Below are positions 9,676 through 19,854 of a stretch of DNA of 64,000 bases, in pieces (within the stretch, counting starts at the first letter, position 1; every line of letters begins with the position of its first letter). Source of the stretch: a virus. Position numbers and translations under genes: made by a program. The stretch lies in the IMG/VR virus record IMGVR_UViG_3300020045_005677, positions 32,001 to 96,000 of that record; one strand, given 5' to 3'. Below the pieces are notes generated by a model. It did no database searches and was not told the origin of the DNA. It saw only the letters and a program-made list of their open reading frames with translations.

Positions 9676-9678
9676 ACT

Positions 9679-10776
9679 TTATTCCTTTATTTTATTTTCT
9701 ATTAGTTCTAAATAATTATTATAGTCCTTTAATAACTCTTTAGGTATATTACTATTTTCTCTTTTATACATTTTAATTAATGTTCTTAATCTAGCTATAT
9801 AATCATTGTTTAATTTAAAACTAGATTTACCTAGATAAGAAATAACAAAGTATATATATCTTAATCTACTATATACCATAGCCCATCTGTTTATAGAACT
9901 ATAGCTAGTATTAAATCTGCTTAAGTCTAAAAACTCTAGAGCATTAGTATTAATTAGTTTTAAATTATAAAATATAAAGTTATAATCTTTTTTAGTAAGC
10001 TTATCTAATTTATTACCAAAGTCTAGCATATAACTATTAAACATACTATCCATTCCTAGTAATACCATTGGCAATCTGTTTCTGGCTTCTACTGTATTAA
10101 AAACAATATTGTCCATGTTGTACTCTATATAGCTATTTAATATAGATAGATTTAGCATGTCTCTAGACATATTGGTATATACATATCTAAATACAAATTC
10201 AGCTATAGATATTCCTCTGTCCATAGCTATAGCATTTTTCATATAGCATCTATATTGTAACATTAATAATACTACATCTACTGCATATATATTTACATTT
10301 TCATTTTCATTATCTGTATACTCTAACTTATTATTTAATCCATTAAAGTTTAATCCACTATAGCAATGGTATAATACATTTACAGCTTCAATATTTTTCC
10401 AATTGTTTTGTATGTCTACTAGCTTATCTAATTCTAAATCTTTATCTACAGATACAAATACTTCTTTAGCATTTATCATTATCTCATCTTTTAATACATC
10501 ACCTTTACTACCAGTAGTCACTACTTTACTATTTCTAATTACATAATCTTTTCTAGCTCTAATTTTAAATATATAATCCAATACATTACTTTCTTCTATG
10601 TATAAGTCATTTATTATTTTTACAAAGACATTATCATTGTTTACTCTAGATACCATATCTTTATATTTTTCAGATACTGTAGATAAATTAATAATAGAAT
10701 TCTTCTGTACATTTTTAAAATTGCTAATAGTAATAGTAGAATATTTTATATCATCATCTTTAATAAATATATCCAT
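9679..10776 (-). CDS. Conserved phiKZ-like hypothetical/virion protein
   Basis: 365-aa ORF with AAGGA RBS, first gene of a minus-strand operon. Confidence 0.5.
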   Translation of the reverse strand: MDIFIKDDDIKYSTITISNFKNVQKNSIINLSTVSEKYKDMVSRVNNDNVFVKIINDLYIEESNVLDYIFKIRARKDYVIRNSKVVTTGSKGDVLKDEIMINAKEVFVSVDKDLELDKLVDIQNNWKNIEAVNVLYHCYSGLNFNGLNNKLEYTDNENENVNIYAVDVVLLMLQYRCYMKNAIAMDRGISIAEFVFRYVYTNMSRDMLNLSILNSYIEYNMDNIVFNTVEARNRLPMVLLGMDSMFNSYMLDFGNKLDKLTKKDYNFIFYNLKLINTNALEFLDLSRFNTSYSSINRWAMVYSRLRYIYFVISYLGKSSFKLNNDYIARLRTLIKMYKRENSNIPKELLKDYNNYLELIENKIKE

Positions 10777-10995
10777 TGTGTGTATCCTTTATTTATTTTA
10801 TTAAGGCTCACATATAGCCCTCTTGTTCATCAAAAAAACTTCTTAGATAATATATAATATATTTTTCTATTATACCATATATTATGAATTATTTTCTTGG
10901 TTATTCAATAACATCTATAATCCTTTTGGATTATAGATAAATATAGCCTAGTGAGTAGATAAAGTTTTTAATAGTTATTTCAATTATTATTTAAC

Positions 10996-11014
10996 CACAT
11001 ATTATTAAATTAGT
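10996..11014 (+). promoter_or_regulatory. Extended phage promoter CACATATTATTAAATTAGT upstream of chmA
   Basis: Exact 19-mer also found at 57575 and 60567. Confidence 0.75.
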
Positions 11015-11104
11015 ATAGTATTATAAAATCCTTTACATTTAAAGGCTATTAGTATTATACAAGTTTCATTAATTAATTAAACAAAAAAACACAGGAGAAA
11101 ACAA

Positions 11105-13078
11105 ATGGGTAACGAAACAAACGGCGGAAGCTTAGAAGAAGGATTAAAAGGACTAGGAACAGTTTTTCAACCAGAAGTAGATGACTTTAAATCTAGCAAT
11201 AGCAATGATGATTACGAAGCAAGAACTGAAAGAGAAAATGACGATAGTTCAAGAAGAAGAAATAGCCAAAGAAGAGCTGCTATGCCAAACTTAGCTGCAA
11301 TGTTTAAATCAATGGGTCAAACTGTAAATACAGGAATCAATGATAATACTTTAGCTGAAGCTGAAGCTGCATTCACTGCATTACTAGAAGTTGAAAATAA
11401 GAAATCTAAATTAGATGTAAAAATCTTAACTGTTAGCAAGCAAGAAGTAGGTGCACTATATTCTTCAATCGTTCTTTCTTACAATGCTCCAAAATTAAAT
11501 AAAGTATTTTATTCAGTATTGATGCTAGCTGGTACGGGTAGAAAAGAGTTAACAGTATCTGATATTTTAAGAATTGTTCCTAGAACAGCTCAAGAAGCTA
11601 AAATCAGTAAGAAAACAAATAGAGAGATTGAAAGAGAAATTGCATTCCCATTCCAATCATTCGATGAGGTATATTACCAACCAGCAGTAGAAGCTAAATT
11701 AGCTAGACTATGGAACTTAAATCAAAATCAACAATTAATTTATGTAGATACTATTTCTGCTAGCTCAACTGTAGAGTTCATTAATGAATCTAAAGAAGGT
11801 AAGAAACCATCTAAAGAATCTATCTACTTCTTTAAAGCATTATACGATGCAGTAATCCTAATGGATGAAACAATTACTTCAGCTGATGGTGCAGTAGATT
11901 TAACATTTACTCCAATTATTGAAGCTAGAGAATTTGGTGCTAAGTTAATTGCTGATGTATATGTTGGTGGTGATAACAAAATTGCTAGAGAAGATTTAAT
12001 TGTTGAATTAAAACTTAAACTAGGTGAAACTGGTAAAACAGATTCTATTAATGAATCAGCTCAAGAGTTATCATTAATTAAAACTGGAATCTATTTAGCT
12101 CCAATCTATGATGTAAGAATTACTAGAGATAGAGAAACTGGTAGAGATGTTGAAACAAATAAAGTATTACCAATTGTTACAATCAGTAATATTGAAGCTG
12201 TAAACAATACTCTTAAATATGTATTAGGTGGAGTAATCTCTTCAACTATTATGTTAAAAGATACAATGTTTCCATATGGTATTTTAAAATCTCCTAATAA
12301 CTGGGGAGCTTTAATTGCTTATGAAAATGGTGATGCTGATTATTCTGCAATTGGTGATTTTAAATCTCCTAAATTCTCTAGTGATGATGTGTTAGCTGTA
12401 GCTGATATGTTATTAGCAAAAGATTCTAAAGGTTATGGAGAAGCATTATTAGCTATTGATTTACCTCATTCTACTTTATCGTTAGGTATTGCAATGCTAA
12501 GAGATTGTACATCATCTGATGCTGCAACAAGAATGCATGCTGGTAAAGCTGTAGTAAAAGCATTAAGAGAAATGACAGATGGTAATTTCCCTAAAGATTT
12601 CCCAGTTGATAAAATCTTTACACAATGGACAACAGCTCCAGTTGGTTACATAGAAGGAGTTAAAAATATTCCTTTATCTAATTTAGATTTAACTAAAGTA
12701 ATTGAAGCTGAACCAAGAGTAAAAGCTGAACAAGTATTAAGCTTTAATATGTCAGAGTTTGACGATGATGCAATTGATGCTTATATGGAAAAATTAGAAG
12801 CTGCTGAAGCAATTGGTTGGGGAGAAGCTGTACTAACAGACAAAGCTACTAGAGCTATCTTTAGTTTCGATTTCATCAACGAGTTAGATATTGCATTAGC
12901 AGAAGCTGGATTAACTATTTACCATAACAAATTGGTAGACAAAAGAGCTTCTTCTAAATTTAGTAAAGTTGGATTAGGTTACGGTAGATTCAATGGTGGA
13001 TTTACAGAATCTAATTCTGGTATTCATGGTTCAGGTAAAAGATTTAATTACTCTGGTATCGCAAGAAGAAAGTGGTAA
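11105..13078 (+). CDS. chmA: Chimallin (phage nuclear shell protein), phiKZ gp54-like
   Basis: 657 aa with disordered N-terminus; AEAEAAFT...SSIVL and RAIF..DFI.ELD.AL..AGL segments match recalled gp54 features; G/F/R-rich tail ending RRKW; immediately upstream of nvRNAP beta'-N, as in phiKZ gp54-gp55. Confidence 0.85.
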   Translation: MGNETNGGSLEEGLKGLGTVFQPEVDDFKSSNSNDDYEARTERENDDSSRRRNSQRRAAMPNLAAMFKSMGQTVNTGINDNTLAEAEAAFTALLEVENKKSKLDVKILTVSKQEVGALYSSIVLSYNAPKLNKVFYSVLMLAGTGRKELTVSDILRIVPRTAQEAKISKKTNREIEREIAFPFQSFDEVYYQPAVEAKLARLWNLNQNQQLIYVDTISASSTVEFINESKEGKKPSKESIYFFKALYDAVILMDETITSADGAVDLTFTPIIEAREFGAKLIADVYVGGDNKIAREDLIVELKLKLGETGKTDSINESAQELSLIKTGIYLAPIYDVRITRDRETGRDVETNKVLPIVTISNIEAVNNTLKYVLGGVISSTIMLKDTMFPYGILKSPNNWGALIAYENGDADYSAIGDFKSPKFSSDDVLAVADMLLAKDSKGYGEALLAIDLPHSTLSLGIAMLRDCTSSDAATRMHAGKAVVKALREMTDGNFPKDFPVDKIFTQWTTAPVGYIEGVKNIPLSNLDLTKVIEAEPRVKAEQVLSFNMSEFDDDAIDAYMEKLEAAEAIGWGEAVLTDKATRAIFSFDFINELDIALAEAGLTIYHNKLVDKRASSKFSKVGLGYGRFNGGFTESNSGIHGSGKRFNYSGIARRKW

Positions 13079-13095
13079 TAAGTTAACAACAAAGC

Positions 13096-13130
13096 AAGGA
13101 TAGGAATTATTTCCTGTCTTTGTTTTTTTT
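13096..13130 (+). terminator. Intrinsic terminator after chmA
   Basis: AAGGATAGGAA-ttat-TTCCTGTCTTT followed by a long T-tract. Confidence 0.75.
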
Positions 13131-13159
13131 ATTTTATATTAATTTTTTAAAGGAATAAA

Positions 13160-14383
13160 ATGTTACACTTAAAGTATGTTTCCACAGATGAGTTCTTTGG
13201 AGATATTGAATCTGGTAAAATATTATTATCAGCATTACCATCAGTTACTGCGGCTTCAGAAATAGAAGATTCTCTTTATACTGTTTTCCAAGATAGTGTG
13301 TTTGACAATATACCACAATGCAATTGCAAGAAGTATAAGAAAGCATATCTAGAAGGAGAACTATGTGATGAATGTGGTTCTAAAATAGAATCTGTATTAG
13401 AGAAGAAAAATCCATTGGTATGGTTCGAGAGATATCCTGAATCAGAAAAGTTTATATCTCCATATTTTTGGTTGGTATTAAGAAGCTTATTAAATACAAA
13501 AATAGATATTTTAAGATATCTATCTGATACTAAGTATAATCCTCCTGTAGTGATGCCAGCTTGGGTGCCACAAATGATTAAAATATTAGACTTTAAAAGA
13601 GGGTATAATAACTTAGTAATTAACCTGGAAACAATATTGGAATATGTATCTACACATAGCCAGTTTAAAACTGGAGGTAAAGGTATTGAAGCTGCAATAT
13701 TATTAAAGACTTTTAGAAGAGATAAAGATGGTGTATTGAATAATTATATTGGATTATTTAATAAAAGACTATTTGTGGTTGAAGAAACTAAAATGGGACA
13801 CTATACTAATCTAATTCTAGGAGAAGTAAAAGATGTAGCTTATAATTATATTTTAAATAATAATGAACATGCTACATTCGAAAAGAGACAAAATGTAATG
13901 TCTAGATTAATTCATGGTCTAGCCAACATAACAGAAGTATACATTAAAGAAAATCTACAAGGTAAATTCGGAGACTTTAGGAAACATCTAAGTGGAGCTA
14001 GAATGCCATTTAGTTTAAGAGCTGTAATTAGAAGTATGAATAAAGCTAGCCATAGAGATGAATTACACATTCCATGGACTGGAGCTGTAAATAGTTTAAG
14101 ACCACATCTATTAAACTTATTAGTAAATAGATTTGATTATACCTACAAAGAAGCTTCTCAGTTATTATTCGAACATGCTAAAAAATACAATAAGCTAATT
14201 GATAAGTGTTTTAAAATAATGATAAATGAATCACCATTTGGTGGTATAGTTTGTCTATTTACTAGAAACCCTACATTGCCTATGGGTAGTACGCATTATA
14301 GAATAATTACTGAAGTGAAATCAGATATTTATGATAATACTATTTCTACTCCAAATACAGCTACTAAATCTCAAAATGCAGAT
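13160..14383 (+). CDS. Non-virion RNAP beta' N-terminal subunit (phiKZ gp55-like), exon 1
   Basis: Zn-binding CNC...CDEC; beta' motifs G.FRKHL.GAR, RAVI and RNPTL; reads ...SQNAD and then hits the intron-borne TAA. Confidence 0.9.
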
Positions 14384-14808
14384 TAACGATATTTAAACAA
14401 GATTTAAATATCAGTCAGGGTAGACACGAAAGTTCTATTCCTTCTCTTCTTGAATTGTCTGGAAAGTCCACAAAAGTAAATAAGCTACAACATAGTTAGA
14501 AATGACAAGTGTGAATGCAGTAGAAATACAAAAAAATTATTTACCTCTCCTATGCTAAACAATAATGCTAAGGGAATATATAAGGGATACCCAGCAGCTA
14601 AGCACCTAAGTCTACTAGCATAAAACTAGTACGGTGAAAGTTCAACGACTATCCAGTTGCGTGGAGTACATTATACAACGGTATAATGGAAGTGGGAAGA
14701 TACCTAAGTCTAATTTATTAGATATGGTAAAGATATAGTCTATTCACAGTGTATAAGTTAAGTTTATACATACAGTCTTAATGGACTGTCATTATTGAAG
14801 TGTGAATG
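14384..14808 (+). mobile_element. Group I intron (425 nt, IA2-like, no homing endonuclease ORF)
   Basis: 5' exon ends in U and intron ends in G. P GAATTGTCTGGAAA (14452), Q CCCAGCAGC (~14590), R GTTCAACGACTA (14640), S AAGATATAGTC (14730). P7 GACTA/TAGTC; P3 TCTTCTT/GGGAAGA; P7.1 and P7.2 hairpins; P9.0 ATTCACA/TGTGAAT. Removal gives in-frame NADFDGD. Confidence 0.92.
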
Positions 14809-15039
14809 TTCGATGGTGATGCTTTAATGTTATATTATATGTTAGATAATGTAATGTCTAGATTGGCTAAATCTATGCAAGGACATCATAGTGTACCAGG
14901 CGATAAAAAGCCAGGAGATATTTCTGCTGTAGCAGGATTACCGTCTCCTACAATTATGACATTAACTAACTACATGAGATTAGAAGAACCAGAAATTTAT
15001 ATAGATGATAGTTTTATGGATTATCTATATAATAAATAA
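14809..15039 (+). CDS. Non-virion RNAP beta' N-terminal subunit, exon 2 (FDGD half of the catalytic motif)
   Basis: Begins TTC GAT GGT GAT; spliced product is about 484 aa. Confidence 0.9.
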   Translation, partial: FDGDALMLYYMLDNVMSRLAKSMQGHHSVPGDKKPGDISAVAGLPSPTIMTLTNYMRLEEPEIYIDDSFMDYLYNK

Positions 15040-15049
15040 GGAAAAGAGT

Positions 15050-15655
15050 ATGCAACCTCTAATAATTAAAGAATCTAGTCAAGGATTTGAAGATATTATA
15101 TATGGAGCTCCATCAAGGGCTCTGTCTAACTATATGGCAGACAAACTATCTCATATCTCAGGTTTTCTTAATGAAAAGACAAAAGGCTTTATAGATAGGT
15201 CTAGAGAGCTGTATAATCAATTCAGTTCAGATGCAGCTAGAAAAAGAATATCTGATAAAATATTAAACAATAATATTTCTCTATCTAGAGATAGTATTAC
15301 ATTATTAACAGAATCTAATTATAAAAATATTAATAATGTTAATAGAAGATACTTGATGGTAAATCCAGATATATATACTAACCATAAAAAAGGTAGGCTA
15401 TCTGGATACTCTGGAGTATATGAAGATGTTGATAGATATGAAACAGATGTTTATTGGAAAAGAGATTACTTAAGAGTAATGAATGGTATGGTAACTACTA
15501 ATAGCAATGAAGAAAGAACTAAATATATAACTATGTGTGGAGAAGATGATAACCTTATGTTCTCTGAACAATTAGTAATATTAAAGAACTGGGAATTTGC
15601 TAATAAAATGTTAACAGAAGATATTGATATTACAGAAGATAGTATAGAGGCTTAG
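15050..15655 (+). CDS. Conserved hypothetical protein downstream of beta'-N
   Basis: Start reassigned to MQPL (AAGGA RBS). Confidence 0.7.
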   Translation: MQPLIIKESSQGFEDIIYGAPSRALSNYMADKLSHISGFLNEKTKGFIDRSRELYNQFSSDAARKRISDKILNNNISLSRDSITLLTESNYKNINNVNRRYLMVNPDIYTNHKKGRLSGYSGVYEDVDRYETDVYWKRDYLRVMNGMVTTNSNEERTKYITMCGEDDNLMFSEQLVILKNWEFANKMLTEDIDITEDSIEA

Positions 15656-15668
15656 GTCTCTATACTAT
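15639..15668 (+). terminator. Intrinsic terminator
   Basis: ATAGTATAGAG-gcttaggt-CTCTATACTAT plus T-tract, overlapping the stop codon. Confidence 0.7.
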
Positions 15669-15723
15669 ATATCTTTTTTTATTTTTAAAAATAATTTGAT
15701 TTACTATAACATAAGGAAAAATA

Positions 15724-16338
15724 ATGGATGCTGAAACAAGAAAAGCGATAACAGGTAAGAACATCTATGATTATAGATTAACTGATTTAGGGTTTGATAT
15801 CTATAAAAAGAATGGTAGTATATTACTATCACAAACTACAGAATTAGAATTATCTAAAGATGATTGGAAGATAGAAGCAAAAAGAAAAGAGATAGCTGAA
15901 AAATATACTTACGATGAAAATCTAAGACTATTAGGAGAAGCTAGAATTACTGCTTTAGATAGAGTAAGAAAACTTTATGAATTATCTGCATATATTCCAT
16001 TAAATATTGATGGTGTAGATTGGGATGCTAGAGAGACTTCTGCTATTGAATTAACAATTGCACAATTCATTTATCAAGATGAAGGATTACCAATAGTATT
16101 TAACGATGCTAATAATGAGCCTCATACTTTAACAGTTAAATCTGGTAAAAAATTAGTAGATGAAATTAGAAAAATAGGATTATCTATTTTACCTAAAATC
16201 CAAATGAAAAACAAACTATATAAAGACATTAAAACAATGACTGATATAGATGCTATTAACAGCTTTAATCCTGCTGCAGAGTTTGGATTAGAAGTAAATA
16301 CATTAGGTACTGTAACATTGCCAAAAAGATACTACTAG
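15724..16338 (+). CDS. DUF4376-like / tail-fibre-assembly-type protein
   Basis: IDGVDWDARETS...FNDANNEPHTLT resembles the recalled DUF4376 pattern. Confidence 0.45.
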   Translation: MDAETRKAITGKNIYDYRLTDLGFDIYKKNGSILLSQTTELELSKDDWKIEAKRKEIAEKYTYDENLRLLGEARITALDRVRKLYELSAYIPLNIDGVDWDARETSAIELTIAQFIYQDEGLPIVFNDANNEPHTLTVKSGKKLVDEIRKIGLSILPKIQMKNKLYKDIKTMTDIDAINSFNPAAEFGLEVNTLGTVTLPKRYY

Positions 16339-16345
16339 TAGATAA

Positions 16346-17089
16346 TTATCTACTAGTAGTATTACTTCTTTTATCTTCAATTTTAATACTAAAGAATTTT
16401 ACATTTATAAATGTAACTTTAATAAATGTATGCAATATCTTTTCTAAGTCAGTAAATGATTTATCTACTGAATCATTTTTATATATCTTGTTGGCATATA
16501 ACTTAGGAGCTATCATCATTACATCAGGTAGTCTTAATGATACTAGGTTGCCACTAGATATCTGATATTCTGCCCAGTCTAATCCATTGTACATTATCAT
16601 TAATCCAACATTTTCATATATGAATTTAACAGATATTAACTTCTCAGGTACATCCATTATATCTACATCTAAGTATCCATTAAATATAGCTCTAATACCA
16701 TTTCTAATCTTTATCTTATCTTCATCTGTTAATACATATGGATATACATTAAGAAATAGCTTTACTCTCTTTTTAGGATGCTCTACTAATGACTCAGCAA
16801 TATAAGATTTAATTAGTTGTGGAATATGAGTAGGTATTGGTTCTTTAATAATACGACCATCTCTTTTTTTATATAACTCCCTAAATAAATCATTATCTAA
16901 GTAATCAAAACTATCAGTAATTCTATTAGTATAATTTTTAATATTTCCATCTTTTAATACATTGTTAAACATAGTCTTATCAAAATGAAATAATAATGAT
17001 AATCTAGTATCCAATAGACTATCCAGGTTCATATAGATATCATTCTTAGCTTCTTTACTTTCTATCTCTGGTTTGTAATTGTGTGTCAT
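16346..17089 (-). CDS. Conserved chimallivirus protein (core block next to chmA/beta')
   Basis: IYMNLDSLLDTRL and +.+N.YPY.L motifs are typical of phiKZ-like core ORFs in this position. Confidence 0.6.
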   Translation of the reverse strand: MTHNYKPEIESKEAKNDIYMNLDSLLDTRLSLLFHFDKTMFNNVLKDGNIKNYTNRITDSFDYLDNDLFRELYKKRDGRIIKEPIPTHIPQLIKSYIAESLVEHPKKRVKLFLNVYPYVLTDEDKIKIRNGIRAIFNGYLDVDIMDVPEKLISVKFIYENVGLMIMYNGLDWAEYQISSGNLVSLRLPDVMMIAPKLYANKIYKNDSVDKSFTDLEKILHTFIKVTFINVKFFSIKIEDKRSNTTSR

Positions 17090-17556
17090 TATTTCTTACC
17101 TCCTACAAACTTTTTAGCTATTGCATTCTTTTTCATTTCTGCTTCTACTATTTTCTCTTTACTTTTAATTCTCTCTATTACTTTTTTAATAATAGATTGT
17201 TTTAAATTAATAGGTACAGCTGCCCATTCTGGATAGGACATACCTAAATGTTCTTTTATATCTAAAGACATATATTCATCTAGTAAGTTTTCCATTCCTA
17301 TTAAATATATATTTGTATCTATATCTTTATGTAATACAGACTCTATTATCTTGCTTTGGTTTTTACTTACTATTCCAAAGAATAAATTTCTAGCTTCAAT
17401 TAGGGCACCTTTTGCAAGGATAGGAGATATACTATTAGCTTTCTCTGCTAATAGTATATCTCTCATGTATTCTAAATATCTATTAAAGAAAGGCTTCTTA
17501 TCTTTGGCTAAGGATAGGTCAGCTGGATTATTATATAAATAATCTAAGAAGGTCAT
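17089..17556 (-). CDS. Conserved chimallivirus protein (possibly T4 gp51-like baseplate hub assembly)
   Basis: Follows the CxxC-containing ORF; DIKEHLGMSYPEW segment. Functional call is weak. Confidence 0.4.
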   Translation of the reverse strand: MTFLDYLYNNPADLSLAKDKKPFFNRYLEYMRDILLAEKANSISPILAKGALIEARNLFFGIVSKNQSKIIESVLHKDIDTNIYLIGMENLLDEYMSLDIKEHLGMSYPEWAAVPINLKQSIIKKVIERIKSKEKIVEAEMKKNAIAKKFVGGKK

Positions 17557-17570
17557 ATCCTTAGGAAGAA

Positions 17571-19229
17571 CTATGCCCTTTCCTCTATCCTTTTGAATTT
17601 CAAGGTACCCAGTGTAAAAAGCACTTGCAATACATTAAAAGGTATTATCTTTTTATGTCTATGTCCAGCATCTACCTTATAATTATCATTTACTTCTTTA
17701 CACTTAGGACAAGTATATTCAGGAATACCGACAATGTTATTTGTAGAGCTATTAATAAACTCATGAATGTTATCTAGTATTCTATCGTACATAGCTAAAT
17801 GTTGACTAAAAATAGATAAAGCTTTATCTATATCATCTAGAGAAGTAATAGTACTATTGTCTCTAGTAATAGATTTAACATAATGTAAATAGTTACCTAA
17901 TAGATTAGACTTTTGTTGCATAGCATAAGCAGACTCTACAAAGCTATTTTTTCTTTTCTCATCAATACTACTAATTATATCTAAAGCAGTTTTTCTTAAT
18001 CTGCTAGTCCAATAAGTACCCTGAGTAATATATTCTTCAATTGTTGGTACTTTATATACTATTTCAATATCTACACCCTTATTGTCTTTATAAGTTTGTT
18101 TTTTAGTATTGTACATAGACCAAGAATCTTGATAAGCTTTTACTTCTTCTACAGTTACACTATCTTTACCTTTCTTAGCCATATGATAGTTTTGTGCATC
18201 GCTAAATAATGTAAAGTCTACATGTAGTGTTAAGTTTGGATTTAACTTAGATAATGTTTTAAAATTACAAGGATTTTCTACATTTAAGAAATTAGAACAT
18301 TGAATCATTCTTTTTAATCCATTTGGAAACATTACTTGTATTAATCCATTAATCATTGCATTAATATCTGAAGATAAAATTAATTCTCTTAAATCTGAAA
18401 ACTTATCTACTTTAACATTTGTATATTTAATTTTATTCATTACTAAGTCAATAGCATATTTATTATATAATACAGAATGGTTACCATATACAGTAGCAGC
18501 AGTAGATGCTCCTATTTCACTCTCATTAGCAGCAGCTAAATATTGTAGTACCATATATTCTGGCTCAGTAGGGGTCTCTATACCTAGCCAAATACCTGAG
18601 TTAAATAAAGGAATAGGAATTACTACTTCTCCTCCAAATGCATCTTGTAGACCCTTCATAAATGATGCACTAGCATCTTGATTAGTTATGTTTACTTTTA
18701 TAGGCTCTGAATACATTTTGATAGTTCTACCGTCTGGACCTTTAAACATTGTTTTATTAAACAATGGAGTATCTACCTTAAATAATAAATCTAATTGGTC
18801 AGCATTGTTTTGGTTTAGAGTATGTATTCCTAAGTCAGCATTAGATTTACTTTTCTTTAATCTAGTTTGTGCAGAATCTGTATAACTAGCTATAAAATCT
18901 CTATGTAGTTCATTGGGTAATGATACCATATCATCTTCATCATCTTTAAAGTCAGACATTTCTATTGCTTCGTCTGTATCTAGAGTTTCAGCTATTAATA
19001 AATCAGATACTTTCTTTTTTAGTTTAGGTTCTACAGATTTAATTTTAATATCAATACTTTTACTATTACCATTAATATTAATCTCATCTATTTCTTCTAA
19101 TCCATCTAGAATTACCTTTAGTTTACTATTGGTATCTAAGTCCTGTCTAGTATCGGTATTGTTTTCATCTTTAATTTCACTTGTTTCTGTAGTGCTATGA
19201 TTATTTTCTTTATCGTCAATGTTTTCCAT
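17571..19229 (-). CDS. Conserved chimallivirus protein with acidic N-terminus and C-terminal CxxC (possibly T4 gp26-like hub assembly)
   Basis: Start reassigned to MENID (AGGAG RBS); IPLFNSGIWL, VPTIEEYI and YTCPKC motifs. Confidence 0.5.
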   Translation of the reverse strand: MENIDDKENNHSTTETSEIKDENNTDTRQDLDTNSKLKVILDGLEEIDEININGNSKSIDIKIKSVEPKLKKKVSDLLIAETLDTDEAIEMSDFKDDEDDMVSLPNELHRDFIASYTDSAQTRLKKSKSNADLGIHTLNQNNADQLDLLFKVDTPLFNKTMFKGPDGRTIKMYSEPIKVNITNQDASASFMKGLQDAFGGEVVIPIPLFNSGIWLGIETPTEPEYMVLQYLAAANESEIGASTAATVYGNHSVLYNKYAIDLVMNKIKYTNVKVDKFSDLRELILSSDINAMINGLIQVMFPNGLKRMIQCSNFLNVENPCNFKTLSKLNPNLTLHVDFTLFSDAQNYHMAKKGKDSVTVEEVKAYQDSWSMYNTKKQTYKDNKGVDIEIVYKVPTIEEYITQGTYWTSRLRKTALDIISSIDEKRKNSFVESAYAMQQKSNLLGNYLHYVKSITRDNSTITSLDDIDKALSIFSQHLAMYDRILDNIHEFINSSTNNIVGIPEYTCPKCKEVNDNYKVDAGHRHKKIIPFNVLQVLFTLGTLKFKRIEERA

Positions 19230-19230
19230 A

Positions 19231-19809
19231 TCATTCTCCTTCAAATTCAGATTCTAATTTCTCTTTGTTTTCTAATAATAGCTCTTTAGCTTTTACTGTA
19301 CTTCTTAACTCTAAATCTATTTCGTTTTGTACAAAGATAGTATATACTTCAGTTAGGTTTTCTAACTCATTATTTAATTCATACAGCTCTTTAGTTAATG
19401 AATTAAATTCATCTATAGACTTAGCCATAGCTAAATCTTTTTCTAATTCAGTTTTAGATTCGTCTGCTACAATTTCTACATATTTACTATACTCTTCTTC
19501 TAGGGCAGGTATTCTAATATCTAGTAAGTTTAATCTATCCATATTGCTAGTTATATTTATTATTAGCCCGTTTGCTTTTTTAGACATTTTAATAAATTTA
19601 GATGGTAGTATATATTCAGACATTTCACTCAGCATTACTACTCTAGCTGAAATTAATTCTGCCAATACATTATATCCCTCTTGCATTGTTTTAAATAGGT
19701 TTACTACATCTATAATATTTAATTCTACTACCTTATTAGAATCAAATTCTTCAGTAGGCTCTACAGCTTCTACAATATCATTTTCTTTAATATTTAAGTT
19801 ATTTTCCAT
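19231..19809 (-). CDS. Coiled-coil hypothetical protein
   Basis: AGGA RBS; E/L/K-rich helical sequence. Confidence 0.7.
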   Translation of the reverse strand: MENNLNIKENDIVEAVEPTEEFDSNKVVELNIIDVVNLFKTMQEGYNVLAELISARVVMLSEMSEYILPSKFIKMSKKANGLIINITSNMDRLNLLDIRIPALEEEYSKYVEIVADESKTELEKDLAMAKSIDEFNSLTKELYELNNELENLTEVYTIFVQNEIDLELRSTVKAKELLLENKEKLESEFEGE

Positions 19810-19854
19810 GGTTAATCCTTTTTTGATTTTAAAGTCAAATATAAGGAGTTGGAA

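Noticed and set aside
11105-13078. Major capsid protein call for the 657-aa highly expressed ORF
   Set aside because: No S/A/G-LE propeptide motif; position directly before nvRNAP beta'-N and gp54-like segments favour chimallin.
14386-14806. Frameshift, pseudogene or assembly error in the RNAP gene
   Set aside because: The insert has a complete group I core, and precise removal restores NADFDGD.
14384-14808. Homing endonuclease inside the intron
   Set aside because: No ORF of useful length and no HNH, GIY-YIG or LAGLIDADG motif.
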